Below are positions 1 through 10,023 of a DNA stretch of 64,000 bases, piece after piece; the stretch's first letter is position 1; each line of letters starts with the position of its first letter. The notes under the pieces are model-generated. The model did not search any database. It was given only the letters and a program-made list of their open reading frames with translations, and was not told the origin of the DNA. This stretch comes from Myxococcales bacterium. Its GTDB lineage: Bacteria > Myxococcota_A > Polyangia > Polyangiales > Polyangiaceae. The stretch lies in NCBI GenBank assembly GCA_043747615.1, contig JAYTOU010000037.1, forward strand, positions 1 through 64,000, given 5' to 3'. The translations under genes and the position numbers were made by a program.

Positions 1-25
1 GCGCAGTAGACAGGCGAGCGATTTC

Positions 26-98
26 GGGGCCGTAGCTCAGCTGGGAGAGCGCATGCATGGCATGCATGAGGTCAGGGGTTCGATCCCCCTCGGCTCCA
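26..98 (+). tRNA. tRNA-Ala (anticodon GGC)
   Basis: Acceptor stem GGGGCCG/CGGCTCC with the G3:U70 Ala determinant, D-arm TAGCTCAGCTGGGAGAGC, anticodon stem CATGC/GCATG around loop ATGGCAT, T-loop GTTCGATC. Discriminator A98 is followed by CT, so CCA is not encoded. Confidence 0.97.
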
Positions 99-233
99 CT
101 GAAATTTTTTTTGGTCGTGCTTTTCTAGCGCTCCGTCCATCCTTCATCTCCAGACGTGTCTCCAGCGATCGAGGCTGTTTCGGGCTGCGAATCGACGTCG
201 CAGTCGATGTTCGCTACGCTTTGGGCGACGAGC

Positions 234-1205
234 ATGAAGCTGCCGGGTTCCATCGGGCGAGTCTCCATCGCTTTCCTCGCGGCGGCGATGGGATGTGCGT
301 GCTCCTTGCTGTTCGACGTGAGCGCTGCCCAATGCACCACGGACGCTGACTGCGCCAAGCGTGGCCCGCAGTTCGCGTCGGCGCGCTGCGTTCAATCAGC
401 CTGCGCCGAGGGCGTCGACGGCGGGAAGATGGCCGACGCGGGGAACGATGCGGCGGAGGCGGGCCCTATCGATCGTCGCTACGCCTGCCTCGGAAATAAT
501 CCGGCCCCCGCAGCCGCGGGGCCGTCTACCGCCTATCAGGTGACGCTCACCGATCTGCTCACAGGCACGGGGGTGCCGAACCTGCGCGTGAAGATCTGCC
601 CGAACCTCACCGATCCAATTTGCACGTCGCCCACGTCCATCGCGATGACCGACGCGCTGGGGGTAGCGCATCTCACCGTCGACACGAGCCGCAGCGCATT
701 CGGCAGCTACGTGGACGTCGAGCCACTCAGTCCCGACGGAGGCACCCCCGACCTCGACGGTGGAGACAGCAAAGTCTACGTGCCGGGCCGGATCTACTAC
801 ACCAGCGTCCCGATCGCCGACGACCGCTCCGACGACTACCAGATGGTGACGTTCGGAGCGCTGCAGTCGTTCGCATCGCTTTTCTCCGCGACGGCGGACT
901 TCAGTCAAGGCTTTGCGTTTCTCATCGCTCAGGATTGCGCGAGTGCCGACTCCGCCGATGTGAGCTTCTTCGTCGATCAGAAAAGCGCGCTGACCCAGAC
1001 GTTTTATCTCGAGACGGGCCAACCCTCCACCACCGCGTCGATGACCGACCCATCGGGGATCGGTGGGTTCGTCAATCTGCCGAGCGGCGCTCGGACCTTC
1101 ACTTCCAAGCTCGCCGACGGCGGGCGTCCGATCGGCAGCCTGACGGGCTACGTGCGACGAGCCACGGTGCTCTACGCCAAGGTCGCTCCGGCGTTCAATC
1201 CATGA
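234..1205 (+). CDS. Putative secreted/lipoprotein, Cys-rich myxobacterial type
   Basis: ORF 156..1205, likely start ATG 234 (MKLPGS). Hydrophobic leader then GCACS, Cys-rich CTTDADC...CVQSAC, DAG linker, beta-rich C-terminus. Confidence 0.7.
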   Translation: MKLPGSIGRVSIAFLAAAMGCACSLLFDVSAAQCTTDADCAKRGPQFASARCVQSACAEGVDGGKMADAGNDAAEAGPIDRRYACLGNNPAPAAAGPSTAYQVTLTDLLTGTGVPNLRVKICPNLTDPICTSPTSIAMTDALGVAHLTVDTSRSAFGSYVDVEPLSPDGGTPDLDGGDSKVYVPGRIYYTSVPIADDRSDDYQMVTFGALQSFASLFSATADFSQGFAFLIAQDCASADSADVSFFVDQKSALTQTFYLETGQPSTTASMTDPSGIGGFVNLPSGARTFTSKLADGGRPIGSLTGYVRRATVLYAKVAPAFNP

Positions 1206-1215
1206 AGGAGCGCCC

Positions 1216-2832
1216 GTGAACGCCCGTGGCTTTGGCCGCTACCGCGAGATCGCTGTGCTCGGGCAAGGCGGGATGGCGCGGGTCGTACTCGCAGCGCTTC
1301 CTGGACCCGCCGGGACGCAGAAGCTCTTGGTCGTGAAAGAGATGCTTCCAGAGCTTGCGCAAGATGCGGAGTTCGTCGGGATGTTCACCGATGAGGCACG
1401 TCTGGCGTGCCGGCTCGATCATCCGAATCTGATTCAGACGTACGAGCTCGCCGAGGTCGATGGGCGTTATTTTTTCGTCATGGAGTACCTGGAAGGCCAG
1501 TCGCTCGGCGCGCTGCTCACGCGAACGAGGCGTCGCGTTCCACTTCCGATCTACCTCCGTGTGCTGACGCGCGTCCTCGCCGGGTTGCACTACGCTCACG
1601 AGCTCTCCGATCTCGATGGTCGCCCGCTCGGTGTCGTGCATCGCGACGTCACTCCCCAAAATATTTTCGTCTGCTACGGCGGCGCGATCAAGCTCGTCGA
1701 CTTCGGAATCGCAAAGGCGGCTGGCGCGGCAATCTTGACGAAGGCTGGCACTTTTAAAGGCAAGATTGCCTACTCGTCAAAGGAGCAGCTGGGGAACGAA
1801 CCGGTCGATCGTCGCGCGGACGTCTTTGCGGCGGGCATCCTTCTTTGGGAGGCCATCGTCGGCCATCGGATCACGAAGGGTCTGGCCGAACCCGCGATTC
1901 TGCAGCGTCGCTTTTTCGGTGAGGACCCGGACGCGCTCAGCGTAAATCCGCTCGCGCCTCCCGAGCTCGCGGCGATCGCGAAGAAGGCAATGTCCACCGA
2001 GCGCGAGAATCGCTATGCGACGGCCAGGGAGATGCAGGCGGCGCTTGAATCGTACATCGAGACCTCGGGCATGCGCGTGGTCGACGAGGACGTGGGCAGG
2101 CATGTCGCCAGCATCTTCGCGGAGGAGCGGTTACAGGTCCGAAAGCTCGTTCAAGAGCGTCTGTCGAAGCCCGACAGCGAGGATCCGCTCCTCGAGCCGG
2201 TTGCGCTGTCGTCGCAGACGTCTCTTTCGGATCCCAGCTCGGGCTCCGAGTCGAAGCCTGCAGCGCGCGCTCCGGCAGCCGCTGGCGAGCCGCCGACGCA
2301 GGTGACCGTCAGCCTCGAGACGCCGGTCCGTCGGGCGAGGTCGAGGGTTCGAGTGATCGCTGGTGCCGCCGTGGTCGTCCTTTCGCTAGGCGTCATCGGT
2401 GGATGGTCGATGCTTCGTCGACGCGTCGTCATCGACCGTCCGGCATCCGCTTCGAGCACCGCGGCCGCGATATCTCCGCCCGCCGCGGCGGGCTCGGCTT
2501 TCCCAGAGGCGAGACTCGTGGACGTGTCGCTGATCGCGTCGCCTGCCACCGCAAGGTTTTCGCTGGACGGTCGCGCGCTCGAAGGAAATCCGTACAAGGG
2601 TCGCCTGCCGAGCGATGGCACGTCGCACAAGCTAGAAGCCGCGGCAGCGGGTTTCGTGACAGAGACGCGTGCTCTCACGCTCGACGGCGCGGTACAAGTC
2701 GAGCTGTCGCTGAAGCCAGAGCAAGCGAGCATCACGAGCGCCGTGCGGCCAGGTCAGCCCGCGCGCCCGCCAACACGCGCTGCAAAACCAATCGATACGA
2801 GCGATCCGTATGGTCCCCAAGAAGCGCGATGA
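1216..2832 (+). CDS. Membrane Ser/Thr protein kinase with C-terminal PEGA-like domain
   Basis: LGQGGMARV, VVKEM, HRDVTPQN, DFG, RADVFAAG. TM segment VIAGAAVVVLSLGVIGGW, PEGA-like tail. Confidence 0.92.
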   Translation: MNARGFGRYREIAVLGQGGMARVVLAALPGPAGTQKLLVVKEMLPELAQDAEFVGMFTDEARLACRLDHPNLIQTYELAEVDGRYFFVMEYLEGQSLGALLTRTRRRVPLPIYLRVLTRVLAGLHYAHELSDLDGRPLGVVHRDVTPQNIFVCYGGAIKLVDFGIAKAAGAAILTKAGTFKGKIAYSSKEQLGNEPVDRRADVFAAGILLWEAIVGHRITKGLAEPAILQRRFFGEDPDALSVNPLAPPELAAIAKKAMSTERENRYATAREMQAALESYIETSGMRVVDEDVGRHVASIFAEERLQVRKLVQERLSKPDSEDPLLEPVALSSQTSLSDPSSGSESKPAARAPAAAGEPPTQVTVSLETPVRRARSRVRVIAGAAVVVLSLGVIGGWSMLRRRVVIDRPASASSTAAAISPPAAAGSAFPEARLVDVSLIASPATARFSLDGRALEGNPYKGRLPSDGTSHKLEAAAAGFVTETRALTLDGAVQVELSLKPEQASITSAVRPGQPARPPTRAAKPIDTSDPYGPQEAR

Positions 2833-3854
2833 AGGCATCGCACCTCGCCCGACTGATCGCACCGCTCCTCGTCGCGGGGCTCCTTACCGTCTCTCGGTCG
2901 CGCGCCGGTGATGCGCCGGCGTCCGAGGCGCCGACACCGACGCATCTCGACGAGGCGCGCACCCACTTCGGTCGCGGCGTGAAGTTCTACAAGGATGCCG
3001 ACTACCGCTCTGCCCTCGTCGAGTTCCAGGAGGCGTACCGCGTCGCGCCGAATGCGCGTCTCCTCTTCAACATCGGACAGACGTACGACGAGCTTCAGGA
3101 CTTTGCGGGAGCCGTAAAGGCGTTCCGGGCCTATCTTATCGAGGGGGGCGATTCGGTCACGAAAGCACGCCGCGCTACGGTCGAAGCGGATCTGCGTCGC
3201 CTCGAGGCGCATGTCGCGACCCTGGAAATCACGGTGAGCGAGCCGGGCGCCGACGTCGTCGCGGAGGGCGATCGTCGCATCGACCTAGGCAAATCGCCGC
3301 TCGCGCCCTCGGTCCTTCTGAACGGCGGGCAATGGAAGCTCGTTGCCACCAAGCCCGGCTTCGAGCGCGCGGAAGAGCGGGTCACGGTGGCCGGAGGCGA
3401 CACCAAGAAGATCGCGCTCGTCGTCGTCCGAACGCCGGTGGCTCCGGTGGCGCTCGTGATCGCGCCGCAGGCAGTGATGCCCCCGACGCCCCAACCGCGC
3501 CGGCGTTCGATGACCCCGGTGTGGATCGGCCTCGCGGTGACGGGAGGCCTCGCGGCGGTCGCCGGTGTGACGGGCGCGCTCACGCTCGGCGCGAAGAGCA
3601 CCTACGATCAGGAGCTCGGTCGCCTCCCGGGCAATGCCGATGCAGTCGCCACCGCGCGCACCCACGAGCGCACACTCGCCCTGGTCACGGACGTGCTCAG
3701 CGGCGCGGCCATCGTGTCCGCCGCCGTCACCGTAGTTCTCTATGTTGGTGCGAGCGGAGGAGCGTCACGCGCCGCGGCGAGCCCCTCGGCTTCGAGTCCG
3801 AAGATCACACCGTACGTGGGCCTCACGAGCATCGGTGCCGTCGGATCGTTCTGA
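2829..3854 (+). CDS. TPR + PEGA domain protein
   Basis: ATGA overlap with the kinase stop. Signal peptide, TPR-like ARTHFGRGVKFY...ALVEFQEAY...LLFNIGQTY, PEGA segment, C-terminal hydrophobic helices. Confidence 0.85.
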   Translation: MKASHLARLIAPLLVAGLLTVSRSRAGDAPASEAPTPTHLDEARTHFGRGVKFYKDADYRSALVEFQEAYRVAPNARLLFNIGQTYDELQDFAGAVKAFRAYLIEGGDSVTKARRATVEADLRRLEAHVATLEITVSEPGADVVAEGDRRIDLGKSPLAPSVLLNGGQWKLVATKPGFERAEERVTVAGGDTKKIALVVVRTPVAPVALVIAPQAVMPPTPQPRRRSMTPVWIGLAVTGGLAAVAGVTGALTLGAKSTYDQELGRLPGNADAVATARTHERTLALVTDVLSGAAIVSAAVTVVLYVGASGGASRAAASPSASSPKITPYVGLTSIGAVGSF

Positions 3855-3861
3855 CAGGGCC

Positions 3862-6800
3862 CTAGAGCGTGATCCGGAGGCGCTTCATCATTTTCTGAAG
3901 ACCGAAACGGGACATGCCCAGGATCTCCGCGGCCCGCGTCTGATTGCCTTTGGTCTTCTCCAGGGCTTCGCGGACGAGCTCTGCTTCGAGGGCATCGACG
4001 CGCGATCGGAGATCGAGACCCGCGCCGCGCGCTGCAGACGGGCCACCACGGGCGACCTCCACGGAGAGCTCGGCGACATCGATACGATCGTCGGTGAGCA
4101 CCACCGCGCGGCGGATTTCGTTCTCGAGCTGACGCACGTTCCCGGGCCAAGGAAACGCGATCAGCTTTTCGAGCGCGGCGCGGGTGAGCTTCGTCTTTCG
4201 GTCCGGTGCATGCTTTTCGAGGAGGTGTGCCACGAGGAGCGGGATGTCCTCGGCGCGCTCGCGGAGCGGCGGGATGCGCACCGTCACGACGTTGAGCCGA
4301 TAGAACAAATCTTCGCGGAACGTTTTCTGCTCGACCATCGCTTCCAGATTGCGGTGCGTCGCCCCGATGACCCGCACGTTCACGCGCCGCGTTCGCTCGC
4401 CGCCGACCGCGCGCACCTCTCCGTCCTGCAACACCCGAAGGAGCTTCGCCTGCATCGCGAGAGGCATCTCTCCAATTTCGTCGAGAAAAAGAGTGCCTCC
4501 GTCCGCGACGTCGAAGAGGCCAGCGCGCGTCGACGAGGCGCCGGTGAAGGCCCCTTTCACGTGTCCGAAGAGCGTCGATTCGAGAAGCGACTCGGGGACC
4601 GAAGCGCAGTTCTCGCTGACGAAAGGGCGTCGTGACCGCGGGCCGTTGGTGTGGATGGCACGCGCAATGAGCTCTTTTCCGGTACCCGATTCGCCAACGA
4701 GGAGGATCGGGATGTCGCTCGCAGTGACGCGATCGACGACCGCGAGCATCGCCCGCATGGGTGCGCTTCTTCCAGCAATGGCGTCGTAGGGAAAACGCGT
4801 GGCCTCCGTACCGCGGCTCATTTGCAGCTCGGTGCGCGTGGCGTCGAGCTCCGCTTCCTTGGCGCTGAGGAGCTGGGCGAGCTCACTCTTCGCACGCTCC
4901 GCTTTGCGTACCGCGCGCTTGAGAAGTACTTGATCGCGCGCATCGGCGATGGCCATCGCTGCCTGGCTCGCGACGAGGCGCACCCACGCGAGCTCGCGCG
5001 GACCGAACGCCCCCCGCTTCACGCGATCGTCGAGATAGACGACGCCGAGCGTCTCGCCGCGCGCGATGAGCGGCACCGCGAGCACGCTTCGCAGACGGAG
5101 CGCGTGCACCGATGCGTGAATGTCTCCGAGGCTTGCGAAGGCGTCCGTCGCCACCACCGCGTCGCCGGTTTCGATCGCGCGCCGGGCGATCCCTTGAGAT
5201 AGCGCGAGCTGCTCGCCGCGCAGATCGTCGCGCGCCAGGTTTCGCGCCGCCCGGGCGACGAGGCGGTCGTCGGGAGCGCGCAGGAGAAGGAGCCCGCGTT
5301 CGACACCCGACCAGAGAATCATCGCGTCGAGCACTTGCTCGAGCAGCGGACGAAGTCGATCGCGCCCGCCAAGCGATCTCACGATGCACTCGAACTGCGC
5401 GATTTGCCCAGGAGAAAGGCTCTGATCCGTGCCCTCAATCACCGCGGCGCGCGCCCACCCCACGCTCTCGAGCGATGCCCGGAACGCGGGTGGTGTGCCT
5501 TGCCTCAGAAGGAGCGCGGCGGCGCGCCTGGCCGCTTCGAAGCGCCTCGCGGCTTCGCCGTCACCGCGAAGCGCAGCCAAACGACCACCCGCGTCGAGCG
5601 CTGGTCCGCGTGATCCAAGCGGAGCGGAGACCTCGACGAGGCCAAGGAGCGAAGCCAGGACGTCTTCGACGCGACCGACGTTCGTTCCGACGACGAAGGC
5701 AGCGGCGCGGGCTCCCCACCATTCCCAGCGCGCGGGTGCACCGAGCGTCGCGCGATCCATGGCGTCGATCTCGTCGCGGTCGACGGTGTCCGGCGCCCAA
5801 ACTAGGAGCCGGGCCGTAGCCCGCGCGCGATCGTCGATCGACGCCTCCCGAAGCTCGCCTGCGGAGCGGATGGCTTCCTCACGCGCGCGCGCATCCCCCG
5901 GACGACGCGTCTCGGCGATGGCCCAACAAGCGAACGCGGCTGCGCGTGTGTCTCCCGAGGCGAGAGCTCGCGAGCGCGCTTCCTCCGCAGCTTCGTCCGC
6001 AAGATGGGATGCGCCCATCGTGCCGAGCGCACTCGCCCGAGACAGCCAAGCGCGCGCCGCATCGGAGCGCCTGCCGAGCTTCTCCCACAGGAGCGCCGCG
6101 CGCGTGGCGCTGTCGAGCGCGCGCCCCATGTCACCTGCGTCGGTTGCTGCGGCGGCCTCTCCGGTAAGGTAAGTTGCTTCCTCGACGACCGCGCCCGCTT
6201 GCACCGCAAGCTCCACGGCTCTCCGGAACGAGCGCGCGCTCGCCACGGCATCGCCTGCCGCGTGCTCGAGGAATCCCCGCGTGGCGAAGAGCCGCGCGCT
6301 CGCTTCGACCTCGTGCGCTTCGAGGAGAGCGCCCTCTACTTCGCGCAGTCCACTCGCGAGATCTCCTCTCCGGTAGGCGACGAGCGCGCGCACTTCCGCC
6401 GCCGCTGGGCCTCGCGCACCTTCGAGGCAGCGCTCCGCTTTCGACAGATCGCCTGCATCCCACGCCACGCGCGCGAGAGTCGCCCGAGCCCGCGAGCGCA
6501 CCGACGCGTCGCCCGACTCGATCGCAAATAGGCCATATTTTTCCGCACTTTCGTGCTCACCGCGCCTCCGTGCGAGCTCGGCGCGACGAGCGTCGATCTC
6601 CGCACCCGTCGCCGCGCCAAGCGTTGCCCACGCCCGCCCGCTCTCTCCGGCACGGGCCAAAGCTGCAGCGAGCTCGACGACGATCGTGCTTGGGGCTTCA
6701 CCGCGAGCGACGTCGTCCTCTGCAGCGGCGATCGCCTGCACGTCGGGGCGAGGACGGGCGAGCTCGGCGGCTATGCTGGCCACACGCTCCAGTCCCGACG

Positions 6801-7875
6801 AAGTCTGCCACGGACGTTTCTCTGCTATCTCTTGCGTCGCTCCGGACTGCACCTCTTCGAGTGTCCAGGACGATGGGTCGCTCGTGCGGGCAAGTTCGAG
6901 AAGGCGCGCGGTGAGCTCCGTGTCGCTCCCCAAGGCCTGTCCGATCGGCCAGGCAGCAGCGGCCGGGCCCACGAGGGCGACGAGCCAGCGGGCGCGTTCG
7001 AGCGCCCCGAGTGGTGTCAGCGTCGCTGGCTCGCTTCGTCGCACAGCAAGGTACGTCCTACGGACGCGCGCCTGCCGCGCCGCGCTCTTCTCGGCGTCGT
7101 CGGTTTGCAAGCCGAGCCATCGTGCCGCGCGATCCGCGACCCACGTTGCCGACGGACGCCCACCCGGCGCGCGCGCGAGCAGGGCCTCGACCCAGCGCGA
7201 AGGTTCGCTCTCGCCGCTCGGTTCTATTCTGTCCAAGATTTCCCGAAGGACCACACCGAGGGCGAAGAGATCGCTCTCGGGACCCACGCGATCGGGCGTC
7301 TCCCGGAGCTCCGGGGACGCATACCGCGCCGTCCCTCCGCGCGCTTCTTCGCCGTGGAGATCGGCGAGGCCGAGATCGATGAGCGTGCAGCCACGCTCAC
7401 TCGCTACGTCGCGTGCCGGCATGCGATCATGGACCACTATGTTCGCGGGCTTGACGTCTCCGTGGCGCAAGCCTGCCTCGTGGAGCTCGGCGAGCGCGCG
7501 TCCGACACCGTGTGCGACGATCACAGCCAGCTTCTCGGTGGCCGCTTTCTTGTGAACGATGCCGTGCTCGACGCTCGAGAGGGGCTCGCCGTTCTGCCAC
7601 TCGAAGGCCAGGTACGACGCGCCTTCGCGCAGCCCTTTCACGCCTGCAGGCACCGAGCCCGCTTCAATCAGCGCCGCACCCCAACGCCGGTGCGCTCGGT
7701 GAGCGATGGACGCTTCGCGCGCCGCCTTCGCTCCGTCCGCGAACACCTTGAGCGCCGCAACGACGCCATTCCGCTCTGCGCGAAAGACGGACGCGCTCTC
7801 GCCGTTGCCCGCGCGCGTGAGAGCGGTCCAAGAAAAGGCAGCCAACTCTGGTGCCGTAGCCTTGGTTCCCCTCAT
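3862..7875 (-). CDS. Ser/Thr kinase-TPR-GAF-sigma54 activator (Fis HTH) fusion protein
   Basis: N-terminal ALKVF, HGDVKPAN, DLG. GAF (SVLAVPL...GVVYLD). GESGTGKE, GAFTGA, FLDEIGE, WPGNVRQLEN, and HTH GNQTRAAEILG. Confidence 0.93.
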   Translation of the reverse strand: MRGTKATAPELAAFSWTALTRAGNGESASVFRAERNGVVAALKVFADGAKAAREASIAHRAHRRWGAALIEAGSVPAGVKGLREGASYLAFEWQNGEPLSSVEHGIVHKKAATEKLAVIVAHGVGRALAELHEAGLRHGDVKPANIVVHDRMPARDVASERGCTLIDLGLADLHGEEARGGTARYASPELRETPDRVGPESDLFALGVVLREILDRIEPSGESEPSRWVEALLARAPGGRPSATWVADRAARWLGLQTDDAEKSAARQARVRRTYLAVRRSEPATLTPLGALERARWLVALVGPAAAAWPIGQALGSDTELTARLLELARTSDPSSWTLEEVQSGATQEIAEKRPWQTSSGLERVASIAAELARPRPDVQAIAAAEDDVARGEAPSTIVVELAAALARAGESGRAWATLGAATGAEIDARRAELARRRGEHESAEKYGLFAIESGDASVRSRARATLARVAWDAGDLSKAERCLEGARGPAAAEVRALVAYRRGDLASGLREVEGALLEAHEVEASARLFATRGFLEHAAGDAVASARSFRRAVELAVQAGAVVEEATYLTGEAAAATDAGDMGRALDSATRAALLWEKLGRRSDAARAWLSRASALGTMGASHLADEAAEEARSRALASGDTRAAAFACWAIAETRRPGDARAREEAIRSAGELREASIDDRARATARLLVWAPDTVDRDEIDAMDRATLGAPARWEWWGARAAAFVVGTNVGRVEDVLASLLGLVEVSAPLGSRGPALDAGGRLAALRGDGEAARRFEAARRAAALLLRQGTPPAFRASLESVGWARAAVIEGTDQSLSPGQIAQFECIVRSLGGRDRLRPLLEQVLDAMILWSGVERGLLLLRAPDDRLVARAARNLARDDLRGEQLALSQGIARRAIETGDAVVATDAFASLGDIHASVHALRLRSVLAVPLIARGETLGVVYLDDRVKRGAFGPRELAWVRLVASQAAMAIADARDQVLLKRAVRKAERAKSELAQLLSAKEAELDATRTELQMSRGTEATRFPYDAIAGRSAPMRAMLAVVDRVTASDIPILLVGESGTGKELIARAIHTNGPRSRRPFVSENCASVPESLLESTLFGHVKGAFTGASSTRAGLFDVADGGTLFLDEIGEMPLAMQAKLLRVLQDGEVRAVGGERTRRVNVRVIGATHRNLEAMVEQKTFREDLFYRLNVVTVRIPPLRERAEDIPLLVAHLLEKHAPDRKTKLTRAALEKLIAFPWPGNVRQLENEIRRAVVLTDDRIDVAELSVEVARGGPSAARGAGLDLRSRVDALEAELVREALEKTKGNQTRAAEILGMSRFGLQKMMKRLRITL

Positions 7876-7991
7876 ATAAGGCTAATTCAAGCTCAAATTA
7901 GCGCCGCCGTCAACTAGGGTGGCAAGACGCTTGGGCTACACGCCAAGCCTCGTCGTCCACGAACGATTGCCCATGAAGGCTCGCCCACGAA

Positions 7992-8183
7992 TCAGAACTT
8001 GATGCCGTTCTCGGCGCGATGCTTCCACCAGCGGTAGCTCAACACGGCGGCGGGGACGGCACCGACCACTGCGAGCGGCCACGCAATCACAACTCCCGCC
8101 GTCACCGAAGCTGCGCTCACCAAGCCTGCCACTACGCCCTTGCGTCGCGACTCATCCAACACTTCCGTCCGCGTCTTGCTCAT
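7992..8183 (-). CDS. Small membrane protein (63 aa)
   Basis: Start MSKTRTEV, two hydrophobic stretches, basic/aromatic tail RWWKHRAENGIKF. Lies just downstream of the cytochrome b gene. Confidence 0.65.
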   Translation of the reverse strand: MSKTRTEVLDESRRKGVVAGLVSAASVTAGVVIAWPLAVVGAVPAAVLSYRWWKHRAENGIKF

Positions 8184-8238
8184 GCCCAAAACCTTCCCAT
8201 TCTTGCCTCCCAATGCAACCCAACCGATTCGGCTGCGG

Positions 8239-10023
8239 CTACGGACGTCGTGCGTGCGATCTCGTCCACCGCGCCACCAACTCGATGTCAGCCGGTGACA
8301 GCTGATCGTCAAAGCGGGGCATGTGCCCCTTCATCGCGGGATCGAGCGCCTTCACGCGGTAGGTGGCCTTCGTCGCCGGATTGGTGATCTGCGATTTCAC
8401 CCACGCGAGGCTGCCGTAGCCGGAGAGCTCGGGCGCAAGCTCCTGCCCTCCGTCGTCTCCCTCCCCCTTGTAGAGGTGGCAAGCGGTGCAGCGATCCGTG
8501 ACCACCTTCTCGCCCCTGGCCTTGAGCGCGTCGTCGCGATGCGGCGGCGACCCATCACCGGGCTCGTCCCCCTGCGCCGCGAGAAAGACGGCAGCGGCCC
8601 GCATGTCTTCTTTCGCCATCGGCTTGAAGTTTTTTGGTTCCTTACCGGGCACGTCCATCGACGGCATTTGCCCGGCGTACGGCGTCTTTCCGAACCGTGT
8701 GTCGGCATCGGGGTCATGCAACATCTGCATGATCCACTCTTCGGTTCCCCAACCATCGAGCGTCGGCGCGCTGGCCTTCTTCTTGTCACCGAGCTCCCCG
8801 AGGACGTGGCATACGGCGCAATTTTTGGTGAAGATCGCCTCCCCGCGCAGCTCGGGATCGTTCTTCAGCATGTCGAGCGGGCCCGACGGCGGCACACCCT
8901 TTTTCGCGAGCTCGGTCGCAACGTGCGCGCGCTTGTCAGCGATCGATCGCGAAGCTTGAAACTTCGAATCGGCGGCATCCGAGCGCATGGAGAGCATGGT
9001 CAAGGCGACGGTCCCAATCGCGCCGAGGAAGAGCGGGGCGAGGAGTGGCAAGCGCGGCCCGAGCGCGGTCGTCTTCTTCTTGTCGAAGACCGGAAGGAGC
9101 ACGAGGTAAAGCACGGCAATCGTAGGAATGCCCATCGTCCCCACGATCTCGAGCGGCCCGTGAAAATATTTCAGGAGCTGAAAGAGAGGTAAGAAATACC
9201 ACTCCGGGCGCGCCGGATAATCGCTCGCCGGATCCGCCGGTGCATCGAGGGGAGCGCCGTGCTCACGAACGGCGAGCAGAAAGAGAACCCCGAGGACGAC
9301 CATGCCGGCGACGAGATCTTTCCAGACCTGACGCGGATAGAATGGATCGACGACAGTCGTGTCGGCGTTCGCCGGAGGGGTGACGCCGTGCTTTCGGAAA
9401 AGAAGGATGTGTGCGACGAGCACGATGGCGAGCGAGGCCGGAAGCACCCCGACATGCAGCGCATAGAAGCGGGTCAGCGTGAGACTTCCGTACTCGGCGC
9501 CGCCTTGCAAGAGGAGCTGCAGCTGGGGACCGATAACGGGTGACGTCCCGGCGATGTTCGTCGCCACCTGCGTCGCCCAGTACCCTTTTTGATCCCACGG
9601 CAAGAGGTACCCGGTGAGGCCGAAGCCCAGGGTCATCGCCATCAGCAACAGGCCGAACCACCAGTTCATCTCGCGCGGGCGCTTGTACGCGCCGAACACC
9701 GCCACCTGAAATAGGTGTAGACCGCACAGAACGATCATTGCCTGGGAGCCGAAGTGATGAAGCCCCCGAATCAGCCAGCCGCCGGAGGCGACGAACGAGA
9801 TGTAATGCACGCTAGCCCACGCCGTGGTGGAGCTCGGCGCATAGCCGGTCATCAGGAGGACCCCGGTGACGGCCTGAATCATGAACGTGATGGTGAGCGC
9901 GCTCCCGAAAACGTACGCCCAGCGCGCACCGCCGACGACGGGTTCGTCGAGAATCTCGTGGAGCAGCTTTCGATGCCCCACCCGCTCGTCGATCCAAGCC
10001 CCGATCTGGGTGAGCCGGCTCAT
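8239..10023 (-). CDS. Cytochrome b (Rieske/cytb complex) fused to a diheme cytochrome c
   Basis: GWLIRGLHHFGS, HLFQV, GYLLPWDQKGYWA, RFYALHV...AHI and PEWYFL, then two CxxCH motifs (CAVCH, CTACH) with distal Met motifs (QMPS, HMPRF). Confidence 0.95.
   Translation of the reverse strand: MSRLTQIGAWIDERVGHRKLLHEILDEPVVGGARWAYVFGSALTITFMIQAVTGVLLMTGYAPSSTTAWASVHYISFVASGGWLIRGLHHFGSQAMIVLCGLHLFQVAVFGAYKRPREMNWWFGLLLMAMTLGFGLTGYLLPWDQKGYWATQVATNIAGTSPVIGPQLQLLLQGGAEYGSLTLTRFYALHVGVLPASLAIVLVAHILLFRKHGVTPPANADTTVVDPFYPRQVWKDLVAGMVVLGVLFLLAVREHGAPLDAPADPASDYPARPEWYFLPLFQLLKYFHGPLEIVGTMGIPTIAVLYLVLLPVFDKKKTTALGPRLPLLAPLFLGAIGTVALTMLSMRSDAADSKFQASRSIADKRAHVATELAKKGVPPSGPLDMLKNDPELRGEAIFTKNCAVCHVLGELGDKKKASAPTLDGWGTEEWIMQMLHDPDADTRFGKTPYAGQMPSMDVPGKEPKNFKPMAKEDMRAAAVFLAAQGDEPGDGSPPHRDDALKARGEKVVTDRCTACHLYKGEGDDGGQELAPELSGYGSLAWVKSQITNPATKATYRVKALDPAMKGHMPRFDDQLSPADIELVARWTRSHARRP

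Noticed and set aside
53..349. 98-aa ORF overlapping the tRNA
   Set aside because: It reads through tRNA-Ala and overlaps the lipoprotein gene, so it is spurious.
1762..1788. Kinase APE motif reads YSSKEQ
   Set aside because: The key Glu and all catalytic motifs are retained, so this is likely ordinary divergence.
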